Assembly (NCBI GenBank): GCA_024679065.1
Contig: JAGIQG010000026.1
Location: 22,940,001 to 23,004,000 of the forward strand
Direction of reading: 5' to 3'
Length of the DNA stretch: 64,000 nucleotides
Source of the DNA: Sphyrna mokarran
Taxonomy: Eukaryota
Every line of letters starts with the position of its first letter. The stretch's first letter is position 1. Under the pieces are notes generated by a model. It was given only the letters and a program-made list of their open reading frames with translations, did no database searches and was not told the DNA's origin. This document shows positions 37,426 to 50,469 of this stretch, piece by piece. Position numbers and translations under genes: made by a program.

Positions 37426-39602
37426 AATTGGAATTGGAATGATTCATAGCAAGCCCTATATAGTTTTTAGTATTCTGCTTATTTACTTTCCATTCTGTGT
37501 GTAGCACATGGAACAAAACATGCCAATAACAAGACTCACTATCTTGTTTTGAACAATTCATTGTAAACTCCGAATGACATCCCTTAGGATCAAACTAATT
37601 GCTTTTTGTTTTCTCAAATCCAATCTATACACAAATACAAAAATAAGATTTCTGGTTTCAGGTTTTTATCTTTAATGTAACCTCAAGAAACAGACTGCAA
37701 AATGTACAGGTCTTAATATGTTAGAACATGCAAATTTTGGTACATTGACAGTATAATGAATTCTGCAGTCATCATAATTTGATCTAATGCAATAAGATCT
37801 CCTACCTGAAGATTCTACTGCAGTAAGAAAAAGTAGCTAGAATTGAGAAGTGATTAGCATATAACAGTTTGTGGCAATCATTCATCTTGTACAAAGATAT
37901 CAGCAATGATCAGTATGACCAGAATCTTGAAAATACTTAACATAAATGACTAATCCAAACTAAGCCTTACACAGATACGGATCTTTTAGTTAATTTACTC
38001 ATCTTTTCATAAGTGAACCTGAAGGGCTGTGAAAACACTGTCGAAGGAAAGACTTAGTTTCATTTCAATAAAAGATGCTGAAGGCAGGATGCTCATTATC
38101 AGAGTGCCTAACACTTCAACTCTGCTGCTGTTCTTGCACATTTGCAGGTTGCAAATGGTCACTAATCTTGAGCATGAAGCCAGAGGGCTGCAGAAAAAGA
38201 TGGTCTGAAACCTCTGATGAAACGCCAGCAAAGTTACACAATGACAACTAAAGCATATTGATGTTGAACTGCTGACAGTGGCAATGTGCTGAAGGGAAAC
38301 TCCAGCAATATTATTAAAATACATTATTGATTGATTGCTATTTACTAGCCAACATTACATGGCTGCTACATTGGTCCTGAAAGGAATAGAAACATGGCAG
38401 ATTTCATTTCAAAGAAAAATATTTTCCAAAATGTCACATAAGTTGATCAAGTAAACTGAGCGATTCAACTCTTGCCCTGAATGTGTTGAAAGGGGTGAGA
38501 AAAATGATTTCCTGAGACACTGTGTAGGAGTAGAGACTCCTGCTTCATCTCGCTCAAATACGTCATTACTAACGAAATGACATGTTAATCATACATCAAA
38601 AACCAGCTTCTTCCAGTATGAAGATTTAAAAATAGATCAATTCTTCATGTAGAATTTCCTTTATGCTGTTATATTCTCAAGGTAACATAATTTAGTAATA
38701 ATGTACATAAATACAACTTCTGGATTCATTATCAGGAGCTTCCCCAACTATGAATAATGATAGCTGATTGTGAGCTGATATGTTAAGCAGCTTCTCAACC
38801 AAAATGCTGCCCATTTCTTTTACTATAAAATCTTGTCATAATAAAATAATTTCAATATCTTCTCAATATTTACTGACCTTAAATATTGTAGCTTGTGGAA
38901 TGAGCCCCAGCTTAGATGATCACATTCCTGCCTCCAAGTCAACAAGTAATGCACATAAGTACGATTCCAAACCCAGCCTCTGCAACCCCCCACCTTCACC
39001 ACCACCACCAAATATCTCGCTGAATGTCAGCCCATTAATTAGGGACCAAAGTTTTGGCCAGTAAGCAGAAGGCCAAAACTTCAGCCCCTAAACAATGGGC
39101 TAACATTTAGTGAGATACTCACAATAGGAATGAAGTGTCTGTGTGCACAAACCCCCACCAACTGAGATCAGCTCCCCCATCCAAGTCAGGTTATCTATTA
39201 TTGTAATTAGAGAAATTTCCTAGAGCATGAACTGCTGGATGCGAAAGCATTGGAATCAATATTTTGTCCTCATATGTACCCAGGGGAACGTGCATTTTTA
39301 TCAGTTCCTGGATATTCCTCCCACCTTGAATAATTTTCCATCTCATTTCTCCTTTTCCCCATTGCTATAAAAGAATGCATTTGTCTGATCATCCCCCAAC
39401 TTCAGTAATAATACCCACTCTGTCTTGCCAATTCAAACACCAGTTCTCTCACACCTCTTCTAACAGAGTACAATTAAGAGTCCATAGCAGATACTTGAAC
39501 TATTATTTCACATCACCAAATTTTTTCCACAGGAGGTAACGATTATTTAAAATGTTAAAAAATGAAGTTGTACAACATTTGTTATGGCTGAGATAAATGA
39601 AG

Positions 39603-39797
39603 TGGAGATGCCAGTGCTGGACTGAGTTAAACACAGTAAGAAGTTTCACAACACCAGGTTAAAGTCTAACAGGTTTATGTGGTAGCAAACATCACTAGCT
39701 TTCGGGGCTTTATCCCTTCGTCAGGTGAGTCTCACCTGACGAAGGGGCATAGCCCTGAAAGCCAGTGGCGGCTGCTACCACATAAACCTGTTGGACT
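39603..39797. mobile_element. Palindromic non-autonomous Penelope pLTR derivative with 10-bp TSD
   Basis: ATAAATGAAG at 39593-39602 and 39798-39807; arms 39663-39729 and 39731-39797 are inverted; sequence matches the pLTR of the 30302-31785 element. Confidence 0.9.
39690..39729 (-). ncRNA. Putative minimal type I hammerhead ribozyme motif
   Basis: RNA CUCAC-CUGACGA-A-GGGAUAAAGCCCC-GAAA-GC-UA/GUGAUG: both conserved core boxes, helix II GGG/CCC, helix I UCAC/GUGA, palindromic AGCU in place of helix III. Minimal hammerheads in Penelope pLTRs are an established feature; activity untested. Confidence 0.65.
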
Positions 39798-41467
39798 ATA
39801 AATGAAGCCAACTGTTTCATAAAGAAATAAACTACCTCTTGTTATCGAATTACAAAACCTCTATTGAGATCCAACAGCATTCAGCATGTTTATTTCTTGT
39901 TGTACTGTTGTCTCCTATCTATTCTATATGGGCCGCCAAATAATCCAAAAGCAAATACAGATAAATCATTGCACAAAATATGCTGAGGAAAAGCCTGTTA
40001 TGAGCAAATGACTTGAAACGTGAACCATTCCTGAATGAGACTTGCCAAGTTCAACTGACACCACACCTCAAATTATAAATCCTCAATTAACAATAGAAAA
40101 TATTGTATCTCTTACAGTGTGAAATCCCTTGTTTTTTTTCCAACAGAAAGCAATAAAATAATACCGTGCTGGGAAGAACGTCACAGGGATATTACAACCT
40201 TTGATGTTTTACACAGTGATCCACCCAGAATTTGTGCACTGCATCCCAGAAATTGTGGACTGCATCCTCAAAGAAAGACCTTTTTTCAAGTCTTGGCAAA
40301 TATTTGTTCCCTCAGTATTGCTACAGAACATATAATGGATTAGCAGTTTGATACCAACTAGTGTGTTAGTTGGGGTAGTCCAGAAACGTATGTAAACAAG
40401 AAGATGTCATTTCCAACTCAGATCAGAATGGAAAGTCACCTCATAGAATAAATGGGTCTTTTGATAAGTTCAGATGTGAACAAAATGGATATTGTCTCTA
40501 ACCTCGAAATTTGAAATGTACTTCACTGCAGAACTGAGAAGCTCTTATTTGCATCCAGTTAGTGCAGTCCCGCTGGAATCAAGGATTGCGCAGGAACATG
40601 AAGTTCCAGGAAAGCAAATGTCCATTAAAATAACTTACACATTAAAAAAAATCAAATTTTACATTTCAATGTGAGATAAAAGTGTTAAAATTTCTACTCT
40701 GGAAATTGTTGCTGTCAACATTTGTAGCTGAATTTTAATATACCCAGGTTCAATATTTTAATGTAAACAAGGAGTGGTTTATTTTAAATGGGTTAATACT
40801 TCAGTTAAAATAGCTGACAAAGAAATGTTACTCTGTACTTCACATTTTAACTTTGTTAATATCAATAGCACTAATTTTTCTTTAATTACGTAGTAGAAAT
40901 GGTCACAGGAGATATTTGTAATTTAGCAGACAATTTTTGACAAGAGCATCTGGTTTAACAACTACAAAATTCTGTGAGTTATGAAAATCTGTTCAATAAT
41001 ACTTTTCATTTGTTCTTATAATCTCATCTATTAGTCAGAATAAAAAATGTGCTCAGAAAGTTTTGGCAGATTAAAGATACATTACAAAGCTAGGATTAAA
41101 ATAGTTTTAAATAGCTGACCTGTAAAATCAAAACTTTAGCACCAAAAAGAATATTTCATTATAATAATGAAGTATTCTCCATCAGTTCCTTGACACATTC
41201 AGATAATATATTTCCATGTGAATGTCACTTGCTACAATTCAACAATGGGACCTTGTCAATGGACCTTGCCCATTATTCATGTAAATGTTTTGCAGTCGCA
41301 CAAGTCTAGTGCAGTATAGTGTACATTGTCATTTATTCACATTACCATTTCAAATAAAGCAGAAAACTTTGTTATGAAGAAACTCTGCAAGCTATTCATA
41401 GTGACAACAGGCTAATATGATGTAAAAAAAGGAATAAGTTAAACAATGAAAGCTAATCATGATGTCA

Positions 41468-42025
<558 letters not shown>

Positions 42026-42715
42026 TCAGATACAATCATTAATAAATATTGACATGCTTCTTCTTTTCCTTGAGATCATTATAATACATAAGATTTAAGG
42101 TGGATTTTTGAATAATTTTCCCAAATACCTATCAGTAATTACAGAATTCTTTAGAATCATAGAATAAAATCATAGCATTATAATTGTAATTGTTTGGTAC
42201 AAATACTAAAAACATGTTGTCATGAAAATATAGTTCTCAAATTTTAAGTGCAAGACTTTCTCACCCACTCTTTGCAACACTTCCAATGTCAGAACCTCTT
42301 GTTTTCTTATTAAACAGGTCTTTAACAACTTTATATCTGAATCTAGAAGCAATATGCAGAATGAACTTTAATTAACTTTCCTCAACTTTGATTTTCTCAG
42401 AACTAGAAATTTTCATTAAACAGAGATCTGTGATCATTTCCCTATGTTCGGCTTCTGTCACTTTTCAAAATTTCTGATGAACAGAGCAGATAAACTACAT
42501 TCTTGGAAATAACTTCCTCGCCAATATAACTACTGGCCATCTGGTCATCTTCTGACAAACAACTCTATTTAGCAAAGAAAATGCTTGTTACTGTCTGGTC
42601 TCTTAAGGATGCAGCACACAAATGCAGATTTAAAGACACACACACCATTAAATGTATAGTATGGTTATATTTCATAATAGTTTAAGAAAGTTATCTATTT
42701 GGAGTGATTCAAATT

Positions 42716-42895
42716 TTTGATTTGATTTATTATTGTCATATATTAACATACAGTGAAAAGGATTCTTTTTGGCATGCTATACAACAAAATATACCATTCA
42801 TAGAAAAGGAAATGAAAGAGTGCAGAATGTAGTGTTACAGTCAAAGCTAAGGTGTAGAGAAAGATCAACTTAACACAAGGTAAATCCATTCAAAA
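42716..42895 (-). mobile_element. LINE 3' end, probably Rex1/Babar-like
   Basis: Minus strand ends TTTTCACTGTATGTTAATATATGACAATAATAAATCAAATCAAA; clade assignment from recalled 3'-end motif only. Confidence 0.55.
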
Positions 42896-43039
42896 TATAC
42901 TGCCACCCTTCTGTTTTATAGGAAGGCAGATGGGGTTCAGTGCACATAAGCTTACCTTAGTGCCAGGCAGACTTTCAGTTTTATTGAACAGTTATTTGGA
43001 CATCTAGCGTGAAATGCAGTATTGATAATGTGGGTGTTA

Positions 43040-43690
43040 CACACCAGCTAAAGAGCCAGCGAGAATCTCAAGTCGCCTCTTTTCACATAGACCTGCCACC
43101 TTAACTACCAATCTGGGCAGCTGGTCTTCTTCAGGATTGAGGACCCTGTGGGCAGAGGTCCTGTTCACCGATAGCTGTGAGTCAATTAGAAGTTCGCATT
43201 CCTTTATTGCTCAACAGCACCACTGGGGAGATAGTGGCTACTGCTAGCAATGCACCCACCCAAGGGCCTGGATAGCCAAGGTACTCCAAACAAGGGTGAT
43301 GGAGTGGTGTCAGCAGCAAGGACATCAGGCTAGCACACAGCAGGCCTTATCACCCCTTTCGGATGCTGAGTCACTCAATCACATACTGAGTACTTTTGTA
43401 AAAGGACTACCCACAGAAACCTGCAAGCAACTGCAAAAGAGTTTGATTTTTAGGCTTCCTGCATAGTGCGTTTCCTGGTTGCCATTGGGTAAATACCAGT
43501 GGTGGTGTTAATTAGCCATTTCAGGACCTCAATTGGCAGTGGGCCGGAGGGCTACCATGAATCTCCCCAACCCAGATTTAATTGAGGCAGAAGTATGAAG
43601 GATGCAGAGTCCTTACCCACTCACCCTCCCGCCCATGTATGAGTCTCCCTATCACAAATATTGCCATGAGGAAGGTCATCAAATTTGACG
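43040..43690. mobile_element. Old MITE or DNA-transposon-like GC-richer block
   Basis: Composition shift and TAATT...CTCAATTGGCAGTGGGC motifs resembling blocks near 300-540, 13133 and 25880; termini unclear. Confidence 0.4.
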
Positions 43691-44394
43691 CCACAGTTCT
43701 TTAAAAATGATAAAAAGTTTAAAACTGAAATTTAACACATTTGTTCTGTCACTGAAAAACCAAAGGCACCACCTTATCAAAACACTTTAAATGTCCAGCA
43801 ACATCACTTCTTAGTTAAAGTACAATATTTCTGCTGAGGTTAGGTCAAAAATAAACCCAATCATTTCAAAATCTTGCAAAAAAACCCAGATAACAGAATT
43901 TGCCTAAACCAGTAACCCACTAAAATGACCCAATTTTATTGTAGCTTTTGATGGAATAAGTGTCTGATTTCCATCAGTGTTTTTTGAATAAAAATACACA
44001 AGACAAGAAAATTTTTATTCTGTCACAACTCATCAGTTTGCACTGTGATAACAACGCTTCTAACATTTTGAGAATTTTATCTTTTGAATTTAAGATTGGA
44101 AATGCTGTAAAGTAAGAACAATTTTTTACTCATATTGAACAAAAAAAAACAGAAGTTCATAACAGATTATATACATTTTTCCTCAATTTACAGTTATAAA
44201 TCACTATTTATGTAGAGAACAGTGAAGATATAGTCCTATTGATTACCCAGTCATAACATTTTAAATAATTGACATCCATGATGGCTACATGTGGTTTTCT
44301 TCTTATTTCTTAATGAGAATTATTTGCTCTTTGTAGCATGCATCTAAAACCCACATTTATACAGTACTTCTAATGTCACAAAATGTGCCAAAAC

Positions 44395-44690
44395 CTTTTA
44401 CCAAATTGTAATCAAGCAAAAACTGATTCTAATCTAAACCGAAGGAGATTTTTGAACAGGTGAAAAATACTTTGTCAAAGAGATAGATTTTAAAGGGGGA
44501 GTGAAAGGAGGAAAGACAGAATGGCTTTGGATGCAAATTGAGACGGTCAAGGCATGGCCAACAACAGCAGGTGAAGAGACTGGAGTTGCAAAATTGTCCA
44601 GAATTGAAGGAACACAGAATTCTTGGAGAGCTGTATCACTGGATGATGTTACAGAGAATTGGAAGGGCAACACCATATCAAGAAGATGAA
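44395..44690 (-). mobile_element. L2 3' remnant
   Basis: TTTGTCAAAGAGATAGATTTTAAAGG...AAGGAGGAAAG resembles the reverse complement of the L2 end at 32500-32700 and the copy at 50500. Confidence 0.55.
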
Positions 44691-44707
44691 GCAGATAGTT
44701 CAACAAT

Positions 44708-47105
44708 TCCCAAATATTGATTGGAATCTCCCTAGGGTAACAGGTTTAGATGGGGAGGAGTTTGTTAGATGTGTTCAGGAGAGTTTTTTGACACAGTACG
44801 TGGATAAGCCTACAAGAAGAGAGGCTGTACTTGATTTAGTATTGGGAAATGAACTTGGTTAGGTGTCAGATCTCTCAGTGGGAAAGCATTTTGCAGATAA
44901 TGATCATAATTTATGTCCTTTACAATAACATTAGAGAGAGACAGGATCAGACAAGTTAGAAAAGTGTTTAATTGAGTAAGGGGAATATGAGGCTATCTGG
45001 CGGGAAATTGGAGGCTTAAATTGGAAAGAGGTTTTCTCAAGGAAATGTACGAAAGAAATGTGGCAAATTTTCAGGGAATATTTGTCTGGAGTTCTACATA
45101 GCAACATTCCAATGAGACAAGGAAGTTATGGTAGGTTACAGGAACTATGGTTACAAAGGTTCTAATAAATCTAGTCAAGAAGAAAAGAAAAGCTTACAAA
45201 AGGTTCAGAGAGCTAGGTATTGTCAAAGATCTAGAAGAGTATACGGCTAATAGGAAGCATTATAAGAAGGAAATTAGGAGAGACAGAAGGGATCATGAGA
45301 AGGCCTTGGCAGGCAGGATTAAAGAAAACCCCAAAGCATTCTACAAGCATGTGAAAAGCAAGAGGATAAGACGTGAAAGAATAGGAAATATCAAGTGTGA
45401 CAGTGGGAAAGTTTGTATGGAACTGGAAGAAATAGCAGAGGTACTTTACTTCAGTGTTCACTATAGAAAAAGATCTTGGTGGTTGTAATGCAGACTTGCA
45501 GCAGACTGAAAAGCCTGAGCATGTAGATATTAAGAAAGAGGATATGTTGAAGCTTTTGAAAAGTATTAAGTTAGATAAGTTGCTGTGACCAGATGGGATA
45601 TACCCTAGGCTACTGTGGGAGGTGAAGGAGGAGATTGCTGAGCTCTGGCGATGATCTTTTAATCATCAATGGAGACAGAAGATGGGAGGATTGGAGAATT
45701 GCGCATGTTGTTCCTTTATTCAAGAAAGGGAGTAGAGATAGCCCTGGAAATTATAAACCAGTGAGTCTGAACTCAGTGGTTAGTGAGATGATAGAGAAAA
45801 TCCTGAGAGGCAGGATTTGTGAACATTTGGAGAAGTACAGTATGATTAAGAATAGTCAGCATGGCTTTGTCAAAGGCAGATCATGCCTTACAAGGCTGAC
45901 TGATTTTTTTGAAGATGTGATTAAACACATCGATGAAGGAAGAGCAATAGATGTCATATATAAGGACTTCAGCAAGGCTTTGATACTGTGCCCCATGCAA
46001 GGCTAATTGAGAAAGTGAGGAGGCATGGGATCCAAGGGGGCATTGCTTTGTGGATCCAGAACTGGCTTGACCATAGAAGGCAAAGAGTGACCATTGATGA
46101 GTCATATTCTGCACAGAGGCTGGTCACCAGTGGAGTACCCCAGGGATTTGTTCTGAGACCCTTACTCTTTGTCATTTTTATAAATGATTTGGATGAGGAA
46201 GTGGAGGTATGGGTTGGTAAGTTTGCTGATGACACGAAGGTTGAAGGTGCTGTGGACAGTGTGGAGGGATGTCAGAAGTTGCAGTGAAACATTGACAGGA
46301 TGCAAGACTGGGCAGAGAAGTAGCAGATGGAGTTCAACCCAGATAAGTGTGAAGTAGGTCAAATAGGATGGCAGAATATAATATTAATGGTAGGACTCTT
46401 GGCAGCGTGGAAGATCAAAAGAATCTTCGAGTCCAAGTTCATAGGACACTCAAAACAGTTGCGCAGGTTGAAGCTGTGGTTAAGAAGGTATATGGTATAC
46501 TGGCATTCATCAATTGAGGAATTGAATTTAGGAGTCGAGACATAATGTTGCAGCTATATAGGACCCTGCTCAGACCCCACTTGGAGTACTGTGCTCAGTT
46601 CTGATTGTCTCAATACTGGAAGGACATGGAAAACATAGAAAGGGTGCAGAGGAGATTTACAAAGATATTGCCTGGATTGAGAAGCATGCCTTTTGAAGCT
46701 AGGTTGAGGGAGCTCAGCCTTTTCTCCTTGGAGAGATGAAGAATGAAGAGTGACCTGATAGAGGTGTACAAGATGTTGAGAGGTACTGATCGAGTGGATA
46801 GTGAGAAGCTTTTTCCCAGGGCTAAAACGGTTGCCACAAGACAACATATGTTTAAGGTGCTGGGGAATAGGTACAGAAGAGATGTCAGGGACAAGATTTT
46901 CACTCAGAGAGTGCTGGATGTGTGGAATGGGTTGCTGGCAATGGTTGTGGAGGCGGGTTTGATAGGGTCTTTTAAGAGACTGTTAGATAAGTACGTGGAA
47001 CTTAGTAAGGTAGAGGGTTATAGATAAGCTTGATAATCTTTAAGGTAGGGATATGTTCAGCACAACTTTGTGGGCTGAAGGGCTGAGTTTTTCTATGTTT
47101 CTATG
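44708..47105 (+). mobile_element. 5'-truncated CR1 LINE (HER1-like), disrupted ORF2, 7-bp TSD
   Basis: FPNIDW, VDKPTRREAVLDLVL, WRIAHVVPLFKKGSRDSPGNYKPVSL, QHGFVKGRSCLT, SGVPQGFVLRPLLFVIFINDL, KFADDTK, MEFNPDKC; tail TTCTATGTTTCTATG; CAACAAT at 44701-44707 and 47106-47112. Confidence 0.95.
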
Positions 47106-47185
47106 CAACAATGTACTGAGAATTTTAGCCAATCCAGACCAGACAAGCATCAAAAATGCTAATAGATTTTCATCATCCATGAAAA

Positions 47186-47305
47186 AAAGACCTGCATTTT
47201 TATAATGCTTTTTACAACCACTAGACATCTCAATCTGCTTTACAGCCACTGAAATGCTTTTTAAAATACAGGTACAAATACTTTTGAAATGCAGGAAACA
47301 TGGGT
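47186..47305 (-). mobile_element. 3' tail of an L2-tailed (Deu-type) SINE
   Basis: CCTGCATTTTTATAATGCTTTTTAC...GCTTTACAGCCACTGAA matches the recalled antisense tail of this SINE type. Confidence 0.55.
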
Positions 47306-49879
47306 TTTAACCTTTAGATGTACTGAAATTTGAAGTGTTTTGGTCAACTTTCAGACTGTAACCATTTTTGTTGATGGTACCCTTGAACAGATTAAGTAAA
47401 ATGCTCGATGAACAAACCACACTTAAGTAACGTTTGAAATACTTGTTCCAAATTGGATTATCAAATTTTGTGAACAACAATAGCCAGATTAACAAATGAC
47501 TATCATCATCTCTGGAAGCTAGGTTCATTACCGATATAAAATAGGAGCAATATATTCTCTAAGGCAGGTCTTGCAATTTCTTGTATTAATAGATTTAGTG
47601 TAGGCTTTTGCCAAATAATTAAAATGATTTAATCAAAGCCATGGTTATATTTAAAGTACAGTTATAGTGTTTCCTTAATGCCAACACCCAAGTATCTTTA
47701 ATGACATGAATGTGGCAGTATAACTGAGGAGCTGGATTGGTAGCCTGGATCTAGTTCCTCTGAAACATGAGGTGCAAACCATCTTAGATAAATACTGCCT
47801 CACACTGCCAATACTTTGGCCCAAACAAATCTGGATTTTAAAAAGCAACAAAGGTAGGATTTTATAAACATATTTTCAATCTTTTGACATTATAAGAAAA
47901 CAGATGCTTAGGCCCATTTTCTCCTGATATTAAAAATAAGCACTCTGAGGAGCTGTACTTCTATCCAAGTCAACGTGCACAAAGCTTCATTGTTGTTGAG
48001 TTTGTAACACAAAAGACAGGCAACAAAACCTATCCTGGGTCTGCTGCCTTGACAGTTGCATAGCCACTACTCCAATCAGCAGCAATATTATAACCTTGAC
48101 CTAAATAATTACAAAAATGCTGCTGCTGCTTCTTGCTTAACCCTTTCTAATATGAACCAGCCAAAATTCCAGAGTGGAATTTCCCTGGATATTCAGTGCC
48201 AGATATACAGGAATTGAATACTCAGAGGGGCTGATGCTTGGACAAGTTCAGCTCCTGGGGCAGCTTAGTCTCAAAATTCCAAGGCAATTCCAGCATGTTC
48301 AGCTCACATGACACCATGCCACCACAAATGTGATACCTACCGTAGTGTGAAACTCTACTGTGCCCTTTTTTGTGCATTATTGTAATTGCTCATTTAAAGT
48401 ATGAAATGTACATTTATCACCTTGCAAAGTAACACACTGGTTACAAGCCAATTAGCCTCCGCACATGTGGATTCCATCCTGCAACTAGTATGAATTAACT
48501 GTTTCCTGTCTCATAAATGAACACCAAAAATATACAGCTGTATCCGTTCTATAAGTATTGTGTATTCTATGGAATACTTACAGATTATCAAGTCTCATGT
48601 ACATTCAGTCGACATGATGTTGAATAAATGCAAGGTCAAAACAGGGATTATTTTTGATTGATTAACAGATCTTGAAAGTCTTATGGCTGTTTTTTTTCTT
48701 AATCCAATCAGTTTGGCAGAAGTAAAATGTTGATGGGTCTTTGCATTTTAAATATATAAGTTCAGGCTATTTCAAATTACAACAATAGGAATGTGATCTT
48801 TCCCTTTTGATTCAGATTACTCCCATTAGGATGCTGACGATTACAGGGAGCACATTTCTACCAGTGTGTGGGGAAATTGCCAACTCACACCAACTCCTTC
48901 AAACCTCTTCAGGAGAGCCTGAAATTCAATACTGATAAACAAGAGCGGCCATTAATCACAGTTACTGCCCAGTTAGTGCAATTATTTTTGCTATTAATAG
49001 GACACTTAGCAAGTGTTTCCAAACTAAACTGGTTACAGTTAAAGGTACTAATGATGAGATGATTATCAAATAGAACTAATAGAAGTAGAATGCGTTCTCC
49101 ATAAGACTTTCATTTCTCTTCAGTAGAACCATATGTAGTGGATGAGTATACAGTATATAAATAAATGTACATTCTTACATACATATCTTGTTGAACAGCA
49201 CTGAGGTCTCTTTACAGTGTAGCCACAATAATCACCACAGTGTGGGTGGAGCTTTAGTACATAAAACTGCATTGTCAACTTATAATCTGCTGATTTGAGC
49301 TCTTCCCACAGAACAGCAACCATAGTCAAAGATAATGTTTCTCAGCATTCCTGGTGTCATTCTTTTGTTTAAATTAGATGGCAAGTTTCCCAACCCCAAA
49401 AGTCTAACACTGTCCTAAAGTTCACCCGGGACTTAATTGTTTTCACGCACCATCATGGCCAGTTACAGAGACAAACCAGCAGCCATGCTGTCATAATGAG
49501 TTTGTACAGATCTCACTAAAAATAGCATCCGAGAAAACAAAAAAAAGTCATTTAGGCAAGAGAAAGATCCAGTGCTGTATTCAGACTCTACACAAAACAT
49601 CTGAGCTAATTTTAATTTTATGAGATTCATAGGCTTATACAAGAATTGTGCAGGCAGACAACATGATTCCAGCCACGTGCACTCCAATAACAGATAAAAA
49701 AAAACTTAGTACTCAGTATCTTAATGAATCATTTAGGCAACTATAAATATATCTGTGGGTGCAACACTGTGGATCATTTATTCTTTGGTACTACGCAGAA
49801 CACAATAGCTAAAAACAGAATTAAAGCAGTGTTAATATTTTCATATGCGATTCCACATGTAAAATCCTTAAAGTAGCTT

Positions 49880-50195
49880 TGCAGGGTAAATGTTGCTAGG
49901 ATATTTCCATGGGTGAGCAGCCCAGAACCAGCATTTATAGTTTCAACCACTTAGCATCCAAATGAGGAGCAATTTCTTCACTCAAAGTTTTGTGAATTTT
50001 TGGCATTATCTATCTCAGACAGCTGTGGATGTTCAAACATTCAAGGCAAGAAATCGATATATGTTTGGATACTAAGGTAGTCATTGGGAAATTGGGATAA
50101 GGTGGCAAGTGGAGCTGGGGTGGGTCAGCAATGGTCTTATCAAATAGTAGAGTTGGCGCAAAGGAAATTGCCTATTCTTGCTTTTATTTTTAATG
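49880..50195 (+). mobile_element. Decayed CR1 3' remnant
   Basis: GAGGAGCAATTTCTTCACTCAAAG...GTGAAT...GCTGTGGATG...TTCAAGGCA. Confidence 0.6.
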
Positions 50196-50469
50196 CTCAT
50201 CACCAAAGAAATTCTGCGTTTCATGGCTGAAAAATGGGTTTTCTGCATGAATTTAAAAATGTCAGCAGAAGATAAAAGGGGAATAAACATCCTGTTGTGG
50301 TGATACCATTTTTGTGTCCATACAGACAGAAAGTATGCAATTACAACTTAACTAGTCATCCATAGCTGCTATTCAACCTCATAGGGCCAATCTAATCAGA
50401 CAGGAGCAATCTGCTTGCAAAGCCAATCAAAGCTCGCATTAATATGGTGCATCAAAAATTAAAAACAAA

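Noticed and set aside
44708-47105. Active CR1 reverse transcriptase gene
   Set aside because: 5'-truncated with multiple stops and frameshifts.
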